The translations under genes and the position numbers were made by a program. A stretch of 54,515 bases of DNA, the filler included, from Bipalium vagum (taxonomy: Eukaryota): NCBI GenBank assembly GCA_037834085.1. It is 3 parts of 3 records of this genome, joined end to end, with 100 filler letters (N's around TTAATTAATTAA, not from the genome) between each part and the next. Parts side by side here need not be neighbours in the genome. Positions count along the whole stretch, not along the records: positions 38,497 to 54,515 come from JBBMKC010131947.1; 2 more parts are not named here. One strand, written 5' to 3'. Below are positions 39,640 to 53,204 of this stretch, piece after piece (positions within the stretch are counted from its first letter, which is position 1; each line of letters begins with the position of its first letter). Under the pieces are notes generated by a model. That model was not told where the DNA came from, ran no database searches, and saw nothing but the letters and a program-made list of their open reading frames with translations.

Positions 39640-40644
39640 ATAAATATGAGATATTATGTTTCATTAGTCTAAAAAGAACAAAATGCTGCAGAGAGGTAAC
39701 CAGAAAAACTTCAATATTCACAGAAGGAATACTGCTAAAAAGTGAAATGATCGAGCAATGTTTAAAAATTACGTATTTGTCTAACATCAACAGTTCATAA
39801 TGACAGTATCAATGCACTGGTTGCAATTAATTTTCACTTAACAATACGGGAACTTTGAGTTATGATAAGTGTAGACCATATCACAGTTTGAAGGTACTTA
39901 AAATCACTTTCGTTGAAAAATAGATACTATTATAAGGATTCCTCATGTATTATCAGAAAAAACACTTGACAGAATTTTGCTTTAATTTATTTGTTCGATG
40001 GAAACACAAATGAAACAGTTTTAAAACGAATTTAACAGGTGATGAAAATTGATTTCTGTACAATAATGTTCAATAAGAATGACATGGGAGAAGGAGATAT
40101 CAGAGTCTGGTAACAGTTCCAAAAAACAGAATTACACTACAAGAAGAAAATATTATCAGTTTGGTGGGGTTGGTTCGGAACATTTCATCAAATAACTAAA
40201 CAATTAATTCCGTTTGCTACTACTCATAATCGGATAGTGTGAAGAGAGATCTTGAAGAAAAAAGTTCAAGTTTAACCTATAGAAATGAAGTGATATTTTA
40301 CCAGGACAATGTAAGTACACATAAATCTATTGGACTTCTTATAAATTGAATTATCGAAACATGGAACTTTCCGTCTATTATTTTTTTCGATCGATGCAGA
40401 GGTGTTATATTAGAAAACAATTGGTATCTCTTGAAACTCTTAAAAACGCAGTGTGTCTCAGTTTTTCTTCATATAAAATCCAAAAAAATATTAAATAGAT
40501 AGATAATAGAATTATGCAGTTACCTCAGAGATGGTAGAGATCATTAAAAGAAAAAAGTGGTCAATATCTAACTAATTAATGTTTGAATAAAAATTAAAAA
40601 TTACAATTGCTTTTAAATTCGGCAAACATTATGTAGCTATCCAA
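39640..40644 (+). mobile_element. Degenerate mariner (DD34D) in the KLC intron
   Basis: LTGDEN.FLYNNV, ELHYKKKILSVWW, VIFYQDN and LPQRW remnants; terminus ...TAGCTATCCAA+TA. Confidence 0.75.
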
Positions 40645-41744
40645 TATTTCATATTGACCAACCGACTTTGAAAAAACAAAATTTTCATTGTACCTATTTA
40701 AATCGATTAAACAATGTCCTTTTGAAAGTCAATCATTTTTTCAATGTTAATTTTAAGAATGATTTTCACAAAAGACACTATCCGATTTATTCATTGTTGC
40801 AATTCGTTTCCCCTGATTATTCCTGTCACAGAAAAATCTTTTGAAAAATGTAAAAAACTGTTAAAATTTCTAAAAAAAATTATACAAAAATGTCATTTGT
40901 CAAAAGTGAATGTGTATTTTTGTAATCGATAAAATTCTATAAGGCGGTTTCTATGTTGCTTAGTTATTCCAAATATTTAGTTCTCCTTTTCTCTAACTCT
41001 TTGACTAAAATATACATAAGCAAACATTTCCTCTGAAAATCACGTTTTTTGTATTTCTCATATATTGATTTGTTCTGCTAAATGGTTCAGAAATTTTTCC
41101 GAAATGACAATGTATATATCCTTTACTTATATATTAATTTTATCGATTATTAATTTGTAATTGTATCTTCAAAATGTCTATGGTCTAAGAAGATATTTGT
41201 GAAAATATTTAAATGGTAACATTCGTTTTATTGACATTGTTTTTTGGATATCTTTTTACAAACATATGATATCTGGTATCTTATTTTTATATTTCAGAGT
41301 GACTGGTCCATATCGCTATTAATCATTTGTAGAAAAGAATGGTTGAACTAGTGCAACCAATTCTTCAAAATCCATAGCTTCGTTTTTGAAATATTTATAT
41401 ATACATCTACATTGCCAAGTGTTGTCACTATTATCAACATAACCAATTATTATACTTAATTATCATAGTATCTGAATTTATTTTCTAATTTCATGTTATT
41501 TTTGACAAAAGATTTTTTTATAATTTGTTAAGCATTAATTGATTGATTTCTTATGATTTTCTCAACATTTTGTATGCCGACATATTTGAGAGTAAATATT
41601 GAGAGATTTTTCGATATTTTTCAAATAATTGACAATACCCGTTAAACAGAGGAATTTTGCAATTTCTATAAAGACGGATAAAATCATTAATGGTCACAAA
41701 TAATTATTGATTTAATAATGACTCATTTAAAGTTTTAAGAATAA

Positions 41745-41861
<117 letters not shown>

Positions 41862-41915
41862 TAACGTTATTGTTCATATTGATCCCATAATGAGATGTGG
41901 AAATTGTAACGCCAG

Positions 41916-42133
41916 GCTACAGCATATTTGAAGCAAAACAAATTCGCCAGAGCAGAAGCATTGTATAAAGAAATATTGACACGTTTCCATGAACAAGAAT
42001 TTGGTAAAGACAATTCTCAACAGAAACCAATTTGGGTGTTGGCTGAAGAACGTCAAGACAACTTGGCAAAAAATAAAGAAATTCCATATCTGTCCAGTGA
42101 TAATTGTTGGCACAAATCATCGAGAATCGATAG
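41916..42133 (+). CDS. klc: Kinesin light chain exon (TPR5 and linker)
   Basis: gccag| ... |gtaggc, phase 0/2; ATAYLKQNKFARAEALYKEILTRFHEQEFG...KPIWVLAEER...WHKSSRID. Confidence 0.96.
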
Positions 42134-42189
42134 GTAGGCTTAATATTCTCAAGTCCTTGAATTCTTTAAAGTAATTCTGAATCTGTCAG

Positions 42190-42295
42190 CTCCACGGTAT
42201 ACACTACGCTCAAGAATCTCAGTGCTCTTTATCGCCGTCAGAACAAGATCGAAGCTGCAGAGACTGTTGAAGCTTGGATCAGCAAAACCAAAACG
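42190..42295 (+). CDS. klc: Kinesin light chain exon (TPR6)
   Basis: ctgtcag|, phase 2 entry; (S)STVYTTLKNLSALYRRQNKIEAAETVEAWISKTKT; donor |gttggt, or read-through to TAA at about 42313. Confidence 0.93.
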
Positions 42296-43685
42296 GTTGG
42301 TGATTATTATTAAGAATATGCATTGGATGTGGGTTGGTAATGATAATGACATTGGGAGGGTTTGGTGATGGTGAAGATTGTATGTCACAATTTTTGGAAT
42401 TGGGATTTAACATTCCCTGGTTTGAGAAACTTGTTTAGGCTTATTTATTTTTCCCTTTTATGCCCCAGGATTAATACGTCCTCGAAATATGCTGACTTGT
42501 GAGTGTAAAATATATGGTTCATGACATTGTTCAATTTTATCACTAAAATTATTCAATTTTTTATTGTTTTATCGAAATATGGTGAATATGAGATTTTTTC
42601 ATACTTATACTTTTTTATTTTAATAAAAATTTCTTTTAATAATAATAATAAAAATATATTCAATATGGATTATGTCATTAAAAATTATATATTATAATTA
42701 ATATTATATTATATTATAATTTTTTAATTATTGATTATAAATAAATTATAACCATTGATAAACTATTTTTCTGTTTTTATTCAAATATATTTAAACAAAA
42801 CAATGTAAATATTATCATGAAGATCATTGGATAAAATGAATCTTTATTGTTTTGTGAAAATAAAATTATTGTTTCATATTGATTATTTTAAAAATTTGAT
42901 TTTCCAAAATAGTTTAAATGGGTTATAATCTATTAGAGTAATATTTGAGATATATTATTATTTTCTGAAAAACATTACAAAATATTTAATATTATAAAAA
43001 ATCAATAGAAAAATCCATATACAATATCGCACCTAAGTAATAAATTTAATTAAGTGTTTAAATCTCTGTTTTTTGTAAATTTATTTCGTTAATCAACAAA
43101 AAATATCTTAAATACAAAACTTAATAAAAATATCACCAAAGTTGTAAAAGTTGAATGAAAAAATCCAGAGGTACGAAATGCAGCTGCGTATATATTATTA
43201 GAGGACGCTAGTAATCGTAATAGTAGTTCAGTGATATTTTGAAAGATTACAGTGTTCGAGTCAGTTCACATCAACATTACACGTGTATTACATGTTTAAC
43301 GTTAATAATTTGACATATGGTCTGTTTATTCGATATGTGGTCATTTATTAGATAGATCAATTGTATGATTGAAAGAATTACAAATAATCACATTCCATGA
43401 CGTCGATCGATTTTACTATGCTAAAGACTCAATATTTTACTTTATATACTACTTTTTGAAAATGTATTTTTATTCAAAGGAATTTAAGTTTATCACAATT
43501 TGGACAAAAGAAATTAATTTTCTTTATAATAATTATTAAACAATGATAATTAGCGAATTTTAAGAAAATCGAAATTTTAATTTTTTTTTATAAAGCTGAT
43601 TTTATAATGAACATTGCAATAATATTTTGATCTCAAATATCCAAAATATTTTGGATCTAGCAACTCTGTAATTGTATTATATATA

Positions 43686-44782
43686 TTAGGTTGTAACATA
43701 AGTTCATAGCGTTTTTGCGCTAAAAATCAAACAAAATGAAGACATACATGTATTTAATCACTCAAGTGTGTACCATTCTGTTCCACAACCTTTAGCCATC
43801 TTTGAGAAAACTTCGTTAACCCATCCTCCCAGAATTTATCTTTTTTGGGCTAGGCGTCGATCCAGTTCAATTTCGCAGTTCTCTAAATTTTTGAAATTTT
43901 TTCCACCAAGAAAATTTTTGAGGAATCTAAATAAATGAAAATCAGAAGGTGCTAGATCACGAATATGGTGGGTGACTTAGTTGCTCCCAACCAAGCTCCT
44001 CGATTTTCTGCTGGGTGATCAAATACTGGTGAGGTCGAGCGTTGTCCTGGTGGAAAATAATAGCCTTCCGATTGGTCAATGAAGGATACTTCTCATTGAT
44101 TGTAGCTTTTAAATGATTCAGCTGAGATTTGATGGAATTTAACGTCTGACTTTGTGGAAGGAATTCATAATATATTACACCCTTCCAGTCTCACCAAATG
44201 CAGAGTAGGGTTTTCTTTGGTTTTGATTTAGTTTTTGTGATGGTTTTGGAGGTTCATTTGATTTCGACCAAATTCTTTTACATTTCGGATAATTAAAACA
44301 ACACATTTTTATGGCACGATTGTTCTTTTCAAAAATAGGTTGGCTTTGTTAAGTAAAGAACTACGAACAGAAACACGAGCCATTAATTGATTCTCAGTCA
44401 ATTAATGAGGTATCCAAAGATCATAACGAATAATGTTCCCCAGTGTATTCAAATGTCTTGATACACTTATATTGGATATCTTGAGGCATTCCCTGATGAA
44501 TTTTCTTGTCGAATGGGAATCATATTCAATTATTGATTTTATAGAATCATCATCTATGATAAGAGACCTACCACAGCACAAAATAACATAAGATTCTTAA
44601 AATGCATTTCTATTTGTTCCATTTTTAAATAATCTAATTTTTAAAAAATTAAATCGACAATACGTTTAAACAATAGCTTTCAGGAAATTTATAGATATTT
44701 ATGTTTATTCAAGATTCATATCTCTTTTTAATGTTAAATGAAAACTGTAAAAAACGTTATAAACATATGTTACAATATTCAA
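43686..44782 (-). mobile_element. Internally deleted mariner (DD34D) with both TIRs
   Basis: The TIR cores ttgtaacataagttcatagcgttttt and ttgtaacatatgtttataacgttttt match at 23/26. IIFHQDNARPH...ELGWEQLSHPPYS.DLAPSDFHLFRFLKNFLGGKNF. Confidence 0.9.
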
Positions 44783-44819
44783 TAATGTTACAAATTGAAT
44801 AACAATCTTAATGGAAGAT

Positions 44820-45300
44820 GGTATTATTCAGAGATGCGTCAAAAAGAATCGGTGTGCATTGGCGGACGCACTCTATAAAATTGAATAAGGAAAATAATAT
44901 AACTGTTTTGCGATCAACTATCAGAAATCGAATGAGAGAGATAGGTTTACACAGTCGAATGGCAAAAAACCCTTCATTTCTAAGAAAAATATCAAAGAAA
45001 GGGTGAAGTGGGTCAGAAAAATTCTGAGGCATCACATGGATTGGAACCCAGCCTTATGGTCGGACGAAAGCAAATTTAATGTATTTTGGAGGTATGGAAA
45101 AGTTACTGTGTGGAGACCTGTGAAAGAAGAAATGAAGGTAGAGTGCCTCCGGCTGACGGTTAAGGATGGTGGTGGATCACTCATAAGATTAGAATGTTTT
45201 TCGAGTGATGGGGTGGGGAAAGTATATTTCATCAATGAAATAATGAAAAAAGAAAACTAAGAATATTTTGAAAGAAAAATTGATGCAAACAGTCATCAAA
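44820..45300 (+). mobile_element. Tc1 (DD34E family) transposase fragment
   Basis: STIRNRMREIGLHSR, LWSDESKFNVF, TVWRP, LTVKDGGGSL. Confidence 0.88.
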
Positions 45301-45539
45301 CTATCTGCAAGAAGTATTTGTACGATCACTTCATTTATAAAATATTTCGATTTGTAAAGTAGTGACACTTATTGAAAAATAATTGTAATCAAATCTACAA
45401 AATCTTAATCTATAAGTATCAAATAGCATAAAGATAAAAAATATATTTTCAAAATTCTATGGACTTAGGTTTGGAAAACTCAAAAAATTAATATCAAAAG
45501 AATTATTCGTAAGATTATATTTATGACACAAACAAAAAA

Positions 45540-46480
45540 GTCGATTGGACAATTTTTTTGCAAAAATCAGAAGAAATTTTCTGCTATTTTCTATGAGACA
45601 TGCTGTTAAGTTTTTCCCGGTTATTTCCTTCTCCCTGAATTTTCTTTAAAAGTAGGTCTATAAATTCTCAATAAGATTCATGACCGGTGATTGACCAACC
45701 CATTTCATGACCTCAATACCTGTATATTCTAGTTACTTTGTCACAATCTTCGTTGTATCTTTCGGATCCCTATCATGCTGAAACTTGACATTATTTTCCA
45801 TACCAAGTTGTTGGGCGGTTTGCACAATTTTTCTCTCTAAATGTTAAGATAGTCTTCTTTTTTCATTATGCCATCGATGAAATTTAATTTCCAAACCCCA
45901 TCATTCGAAAATTATTCCTCTATCATAACTGATCCACCAACATGTTTAACTGTCGGTGGGAGGCACTCTACCTTCATTTCTTCTTTCACAGTTCTCCACA
46001 CAGTAACTTTTCCATACCTCCAAAATACATTAAATTTGCTTTCGTTCCAATTGGCTGTATTTCAATCCATGTGATCACTCAGAATTTTTCTGACCAACTT
46101 CACTCTTTCTTTGATATTTTTCTTAGAAATGAAAAGTTTTTTTTGCCATTCGACTATGTAAACCTATCTCTCAGTCGATTTCTGATAGTTGATGGCGAGA
46201 TAATTATATTGTTTGCCTCATCCAATTGTATAGAATGCGCCTGCATCTCTGAATAATCTGATATTCCCTTACAGTTATTATTCTTTGCCGACCAATCCAA
46301 GGTAGAGATAAGAGGGTTCCCTCATGGAAATATTTATTCACGATGAATTAAACAGTTGAAGTTTGACATTGCAACATGGTGGAAATATGACCAAAGCTGA
46401 TTTCATCATTTCTTAATTTTTAGAATTGGTTTTATGAAATTAACTGGGTGTTCTTTTGACCTACGTCCCATTTTAATTTT
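45540..46480 (-). mobile_element. Tc1 relic of the same family as 44820-45300, in opposite orientation
   Basis: The reverse complement aligns by eye with the + copy; ESKFNVFWRYGKVTVWR, PTVKHVGGSVM and FQHDRDPKDT.K remnants. Confidence 0.86.
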
Positions 46481-47649
46481 TTTTATTGCTGAAAGAAATC
46501 GGAATTCATTCAGATTACGTTTTATGATGTAAACTAATAATTAGTTAATAACAATTTACCTTTATTTTAAAAATATGGATCAATAAATATTAAAACAAAA
46601 TTATTTGAACAATATTATTAGAATACAAATATTTATGTAATTGTATTTTTTTATAATTACATTTTATAAAAAGTATTTTAAATTCAAGGACTTACATCAA
46701 TACTGCATATGAATACTTTGTTTCATTTAATAAAGTGATCATACGAATAATTTTTGCAGATAGTGCATATACATAGTTGCGTTGAGAAAGTATTACATGA
46801 TATTGATCGATTAAGATTCTTATTAATGTTGAATTAGGTTTGTTCCAATTGTGATAATATGGGAATGGAAATATAGTTGAAATATACTTATATGAACTCC
46901 TACTTGAAATTTTAGAATTCAGTGTAAATATTTTTGAAGAAATCAAAAAACTTGTGTATTCAGAATTTTAGTTGATAATAACGTAAGCTTATTGAAATAT
47001 GGAAAGTTTTATAAAAAATGAAGAACTTAAATTTTTTATTCCTAATTATAGTTATACTAAAAGTAATAATATATAAAATTTTAATTATTCATAATTTATT
47101 GATAATTCTTTTCCTTTCATTATAATAAGTACCCAATAATTATTGATGAAAATGATAAAAAATTCTAGTTTCTATTCATGAAAGCTATTATTATATTATT
47201 TTTATTAAAACGTTTGAGATTCATTGTTGACTTAATAATTTCAATCCTGTACACATTATCGTCAAAAAGTACATATCTTTCCCTAATTATTTAGTTAAAT
47301 ATTAAATGAATTGGAAGCATTTACATTATGGTTTTTGCTCAACTAATCTTTTATAGATTTATTGAATAAATTTCATGACAATTAGACAGAAATCGATCTG
47401 GTTTTGAATCATAATAGGTAAATTAAAGTCAATGAAATTGATTAATTAGTGACAGAAATAACTACGAATAACTGAATAGTTTTAACAATCATTGAATACA
47501 GAAATTGTTCGAAAATTTTCTTTAAAAGAATTAATACCAATTTGAATAATTTATTAAAACTATATTATTAGTGCTGTTATTCATATTTTAATTAATTTTT
47601 AGGATTTTAAAATTTATCAATTTTTAATAAAAATTATATTTTTTATATA

Positions 47650-48672
47650 CATGGTGTGTATAAAGTAAATTTAATAAGTGTTTAATTTCTGTAATAGCTC
47701 GACTTTATCGAATTTAATTGCAGTAAATTCAATTTTCAATCACGTTTTCCATTGAATAAAGAGAGCCTGTCTTTTTTACTGATAGCTAAGATGGAATCAG
47801 TCATATTAGTAAGGTAGTATTTAGAACACTTAAAATGGATAAAGATACTCACAATGAGAAAGTGATTGAATCTTTGCAAAATTCGATGAGACTAAGTTTT
47901 TTAATTTTTGGAAGTCTAGAAGACAATTAATTTAAAAATCAAGAAATAATTCAGAAAGAACTGCTACTAATGAAGTTGAATGTAGTTTTAAAGCTGTTCA
48001 TAATGTAGTACGAAAGATCTTCAACCTTATCCATGCTGAAAGAATTATAATGTGCGAAAGTCAATAATAATAATCTTCAAAACCTGATTTTCGCTGAAGA
48101 AACAACTTTTTCCTTAAACGGATATTTCCAACTCCAGTCCAGAAGTTAATGTTTGAATGTGTCTTTTAATGTCCCGTGTTTATGATTCCTCTTTTCATGA
48201 AAATGTTAATGTTGAAGACTACTTAGACGTGCTTAGGCCTGGCTTCAAACCAAAATTTTATCGCAGAATTAAATCTAATATAGTTTTTCAGCAGGTATAG
48301 AGTTCATTATTCACTTCTTATAAGAGATATTTAAACAACATTTTTCCTGGAAGATGAATTGGCAGAACTTGCCGACCCATTGGGTTGTCGAATCACCGGG
48401 CCTAACACCACATGATTTCTTCCTTTGGGAACATCTGAAGACACAGATATATAGAATAAAAATAAAAGATATCCATGGTCCGAAAGTTGTTTTTCAAATG
48501 AGGGTAGTTAAAATATCAGCAGAAATGTGTCAAAATGTTATGAATGACTTTTATAATTGCTTACATAAGTATATTAAATACAATGATCATTCTCTATAAA
48601 AATATTAAATTTTAATAAATTAAAAAATGGTATTAAATTTAAAAATTGGAAACCTATTTTAGACACACCCTG
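47650..48672 (+). mobile_element. Decayed rosa/DD41D-like Tc1/mariner element with TIR remnants
   Basis: TA+CATGGTGTGTATAAAG left and ...TTTTAGACACACCCTG+TA right; LIFAEETTFSLNG, FPGR.IG, SPGLTPHDFFLWEHLKTQIY. Confidence 0.8.
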
Positions 48673-50689
48673 TATATATATTCACTTTTCAATTAATAAA
48701 AAATTCATTGAATTTTTGATTCAGAATTATTTGAATCGATTTTTATTCTTTCAAGCTATATTTTTGTTTTAAATTTTTAAATAATCCCTTTTATATGAAT
48801 TGAAAAAAATCCATATTTTTAGCTGATAAATTTCAAGTTAGAAAAATAATTTTCGTAATTTCATAAAAGATTGTTGTTTCTTCACATATTATACAGTTAA
48901 TATTTTAATTTTCTCTTGGAGATTGGATGGTTTATATTATGGAGGTTTTGTTTTACTCTCAGCTCCCTCATTGTGGGTGTGTATAATGGGGTCTGCAAAG
49001 ATTTTTTAATGATCAATATTTGACAACCCCAGTCATTATTGTCTGTAAAAGAGAGAGTGAGGAAACATTGCAATCGCATGACTTATTTTTTCCATCTACT
49101 CATTGATTGGTTAAGTGATTTAAAAGTGTTCGCTAGGCGAAATTTGACTTCAACTACAGCTCAAATGGTTCACCAGAGTCAGCATCACAAAATTTACCTC
49201 GTCAAGAAAAAATTAACATAAACGGTGAATCATCGGATAAATTGGAGAATACAATTGCCGACTCGTCCCAAGACCTTTTTTCCAAAAAGTCTTCTGTTGA
49301 TCTTTTTAATAGTAAAGGTATTCGGGTAAGTGAATGCGGCTTTTCATTTGATTAAACTGCTTGGCTTGCATTGATTTTCAAAACTTTTATTTCCCATCAA
49401 AATTTCCATTGATTGATGATTGATTGAATTTTTTTTTCATTTTCTTTCTCTTTTAAATAGCCCTCTGTAACTGATTACTCAATTACCGCAACGTATCCTC
49501 ATGAAGCACAACAACCTTTGAATGACTCTCTCGAAACAGCTCTGTCCAAACCCGTCATATCACCTAGATTTTTTTTCTCCAAAAAGTTGCTACCTGATAA
49601 TATTTTTTCTTTGAAATCAAAGCGCAATGTCGAAGACAAATTGGAAAATAAAATTGCAGAAAACGGTGGCGGCAGGTAGTATAAGTGTTGTGTCAGTGTT
49701 TTTAATGTTGTCTCTGTTTTTCGTCTTATCTTGTCCTAATTTTCCCCCTTTAAATTTCCCATATTTTTTTCTTTCAACTATTCCTATAGCTGTAAATAAA
49801 GATTATCGTTTTGCTGTCTTCTGTTGATATTCATTACCAAGGTCTTTTTATTTCCCCGGCTCTATTTTATTTGTACAAAATTTAATTTGGTGTTATCAAT
49901 AATATTCTGATTTTTCGAGTATATATCATAATAGCAGTTCATCGTTTTAACACAATTATATTAATTTCCGAACAGAAAATTGTAGAACATAAAATTAAAA
50001 TTTTAATTTTAAAACTATTAAAATATAATCATTTCCGTTATATTTCAATGATTTTTATTATATTACTGGAAAGAAAATTAACATTGAAAATTGAGTGAGC
50101 CTGGGATGAAATGGCTTTGATAATTTTCAATTTTTGATCATAAATATCGATATTTTGTGATGTGAAAAAAACTTTGTCACGCTTCACTTATTAAAAATGC
50201 TGTAATGGTAAATTTTAGCGGAATGAATTAAAACCTGAAAATATTCCACGTCAGGTGTGACGTTACCATAATTTTATTGATTTGATTTTGAATGGTAAAT
50301 GTTTCTTTCAAAAGAGAGACTTAAATTAAAATACACGAAATACGAAATCTTTTCCATGTAAGTCTTCGTCGTTTCATTTACCTAATTTTTTACTATTTTT
50401 AGATTTTGAATGTTATTTGTTTTAATTTTACTTTACTGATAAAACCTCTAGTTTTAAAATCAATAATTTAATATTTATTCACTTATTATTAAATTTTATT
50501 AATTTTTTATAATTGATAAACATCCAGCGAAAAAGTCTAAATTTAAAGTTGTCAGGTATCGATTTTTATAACAATATTACATGAAAGACTACTATATTTC
50601 TATTTAATAATCATTATTAATCTGACTAAATATTGATTTTTTAAAAAACTGAAATCAAAATAATTTTAATATTTATTGAATCCAATTTT

Positions 50690-51100
50690 CATTATTTTCT
50701 ACAAATTTCTTCATTTGTCTTGTAAATGATATGTAATCCATTCAAAAAGAAAGTGACAAGAGCTGATTTAACATCACTTGAATCAACGAATGGCTTTTGA
50801 TCCAAATAATTTATGAAAGAAAAAAATAGGTAATAATTGAATAGGCTGTAATCGTAGAACTTAACGAATGTCATTAAGAACATCTCAATCCTGTTATCAG
50901 CAACTGTGTTTTGATTTCTCATCGTTTCCATGCTGAATAAAATTGGATATACATTAATTATTTTAAGTGTTAAGCGTGTCAGATGATTGCAACACAATTT
51001 AAACGTAAGATCTTTGTAATTTCACGAAAAGGAAAGACAAGCTTTTGATTGATATCCAACTTTGATGTAATTGGTCAGTTTTCGTGTCTTCAAAACATTA
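50690..51100 (-). mobile_element. Mariner C-terminal relic
   Basis: YYLFFSFINYLDQKPFVDSSDVKSALVTFF resembles the mariner DYHLF.SL.NFL.GK.F...DVK.AL..FF tail. Confidence 0.5.
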
Positions 51101-52199
51101 AGAAATAAATTACTTTTTTGTATTTCTGATATTTCTAAGGATACCTGGTCAGATTATTTTCGAGTTCGAAAAATATGAAAAATATAGTTTTCAATTAAAA
51201 ATAAAAAATGAAACTTTAAAGTGATCTGATGGGCTAAAAGATGGTTATATTATCTAGTTAGGCCTACCTGATTAAGGAATATCTTCATACTAAAATCCTA
51301 TTTTGAAATTTTTATAATCAAAATTCAACTGTTCTTGGCTACCTGGCTCTTTAAATAATTTATATATATTTCTACTTTTTATAATTGTAATGTTTCTCTC
51401 GTGTAACATACGATTACGTATGTTGTTTATGAAGTATTTCCTGGAGTTCTATTTTTGTAAACACTGTTTATAAACAGCTAATGTTTTTATAAATAAAATC
51501 TAAATTATGATTCACTTAAAAAATATCAGTTAATTTTGTGATTTTGGTTTTATTAAAGGTTGTAAGCAACAAAAATATTGGAAAGAACTAATAATAATAA
51601 TTAAAAGTTATAAAAATATTAACAATTCATTAATTATTATTAAAATAAAAATAAATCTTTTGTTAAAATTTCCATTATCAAATTTTTTTAAATCCTTCTC
51701 TTAAGTTTTGTTTGATATCTGAATTTCATTGGTTAGCGGTTAATAAAAGTGCCAGTCACTGATGGACCTCTAGAAATCTTATAATTTTTAAAAATAAAAA
51801 TCTATCAAACATTTATTATAAATATTGAAAATCAATCTCTATTTTGTTCCTAGGATTGTTTAAGACAATTAATCTTCTCAGAATTTAAATTGATAATTGC
51901 TAAAATTTACTATTTTCCTGCTTACCAACTAAATTTAAAGAAGTTAAATGTCAAAAAGTGAAATTTTGGTGGTGAAACATAAGTGTTTTCTATTTAAGAC
52001 TGTCAGCTAAACCATCTCAAATGTTGTCAGTTATTCTCTATAGATTCATTAATAATAGAATAATTGTTGGTTTGTAGCACAAATTGTCAGAATATTAAAA
52101 TATCTTAAGAATTTGAACTCTTTCAATATTGAGGGAATAGGTATGAAAAATTCAAAATATAATTTTAGGTATTATTAATACTTGTTTTTATATACCAAC

Positions 52200-52770
52200 A
52201 GTTTTCATAAAAATTATTGATTTAACAGTAATCCAATAATTTAGCATAAAAAATGTTCATCTCTGAAGAATTTTTTTCCTTATGACCTCTCCGAGATAAC
52301 TTTAAAGATAGTGTCGGGCTATTCCTCGGTGACATTTTTTCCACTTCACGAATAGTCACAAACAGCTATTTTTATCCACAAAATTATATCGGTGATTAAC
52401 AGAGAAATATTGAAACCAAAAATTTTCAATTTGTGTGATTTTATATCCTTGTCGGCTATTGGAGTATGTTGTAGAACTATTTTCTGTGTTCCACAATCAT
52501 TGACAGAAGAGAGTTTGGAAATTTAAATCATAAAGCATTGGTTTGTTTCGCGGAAATTCCTCCAAGACCCATTGCGGTGGTAAAATACTTCCAACATTGT
52601 TCTTACGCATTGTGAACAAAGTCATCAATCTCAATTATAATTTCTGCATTACGAATCTTAGATACCTCTCTTTTTATGACGCTGTTAATGCATACCTCTT
52701 TCTTATAGTTATTTTAATCAAGCACGCAATTTTTCTCATTTCAAGTTCATTTTTGCTCCATTTGGAAATT
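52200..52770 (-). mobile_element. Highly decayed mariner-like relic
   Basis: Scattered remnants (MEQNELEMR..., KFLVSIF); many stops. Confidence 0.35.
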
Positions 52771-53204
52771 AGGTGATTTCTAGCTCTACCGATATGTAAA
52801 TCGGAGAATGGTAACTATTATAGATGTCCATTAGTAATGTCTTTTTATTAAAATATATAAAACTGTATTTATTTCTAAAACAACAACATTTAATCAGCAA
52901 TTTATTCACCTTCAAGTCCTATGACCTTCCTCCATCTGCTTATCAAATTTTCAACCCCAATTTTAAAAAAGATTAGGTTTCTGCAGTTAAAATCTTCAGG
53001 CAAGGTATTTTTCCAAACCCTTTTAAGAATATATGATATGTTATTAAATAATTTTAATTTAATTATTAAATAATAATTAAATTTAATCAGTTAATAACTT
53101 TAAATGTAAATATTTTAATGTATAAGATTTCCATGGTTTAACAAAATTTGTGTTGATATTTCTGATTTTTGTTGATATACTAGATTATTAAAAAATCTTA
53201 CTTA

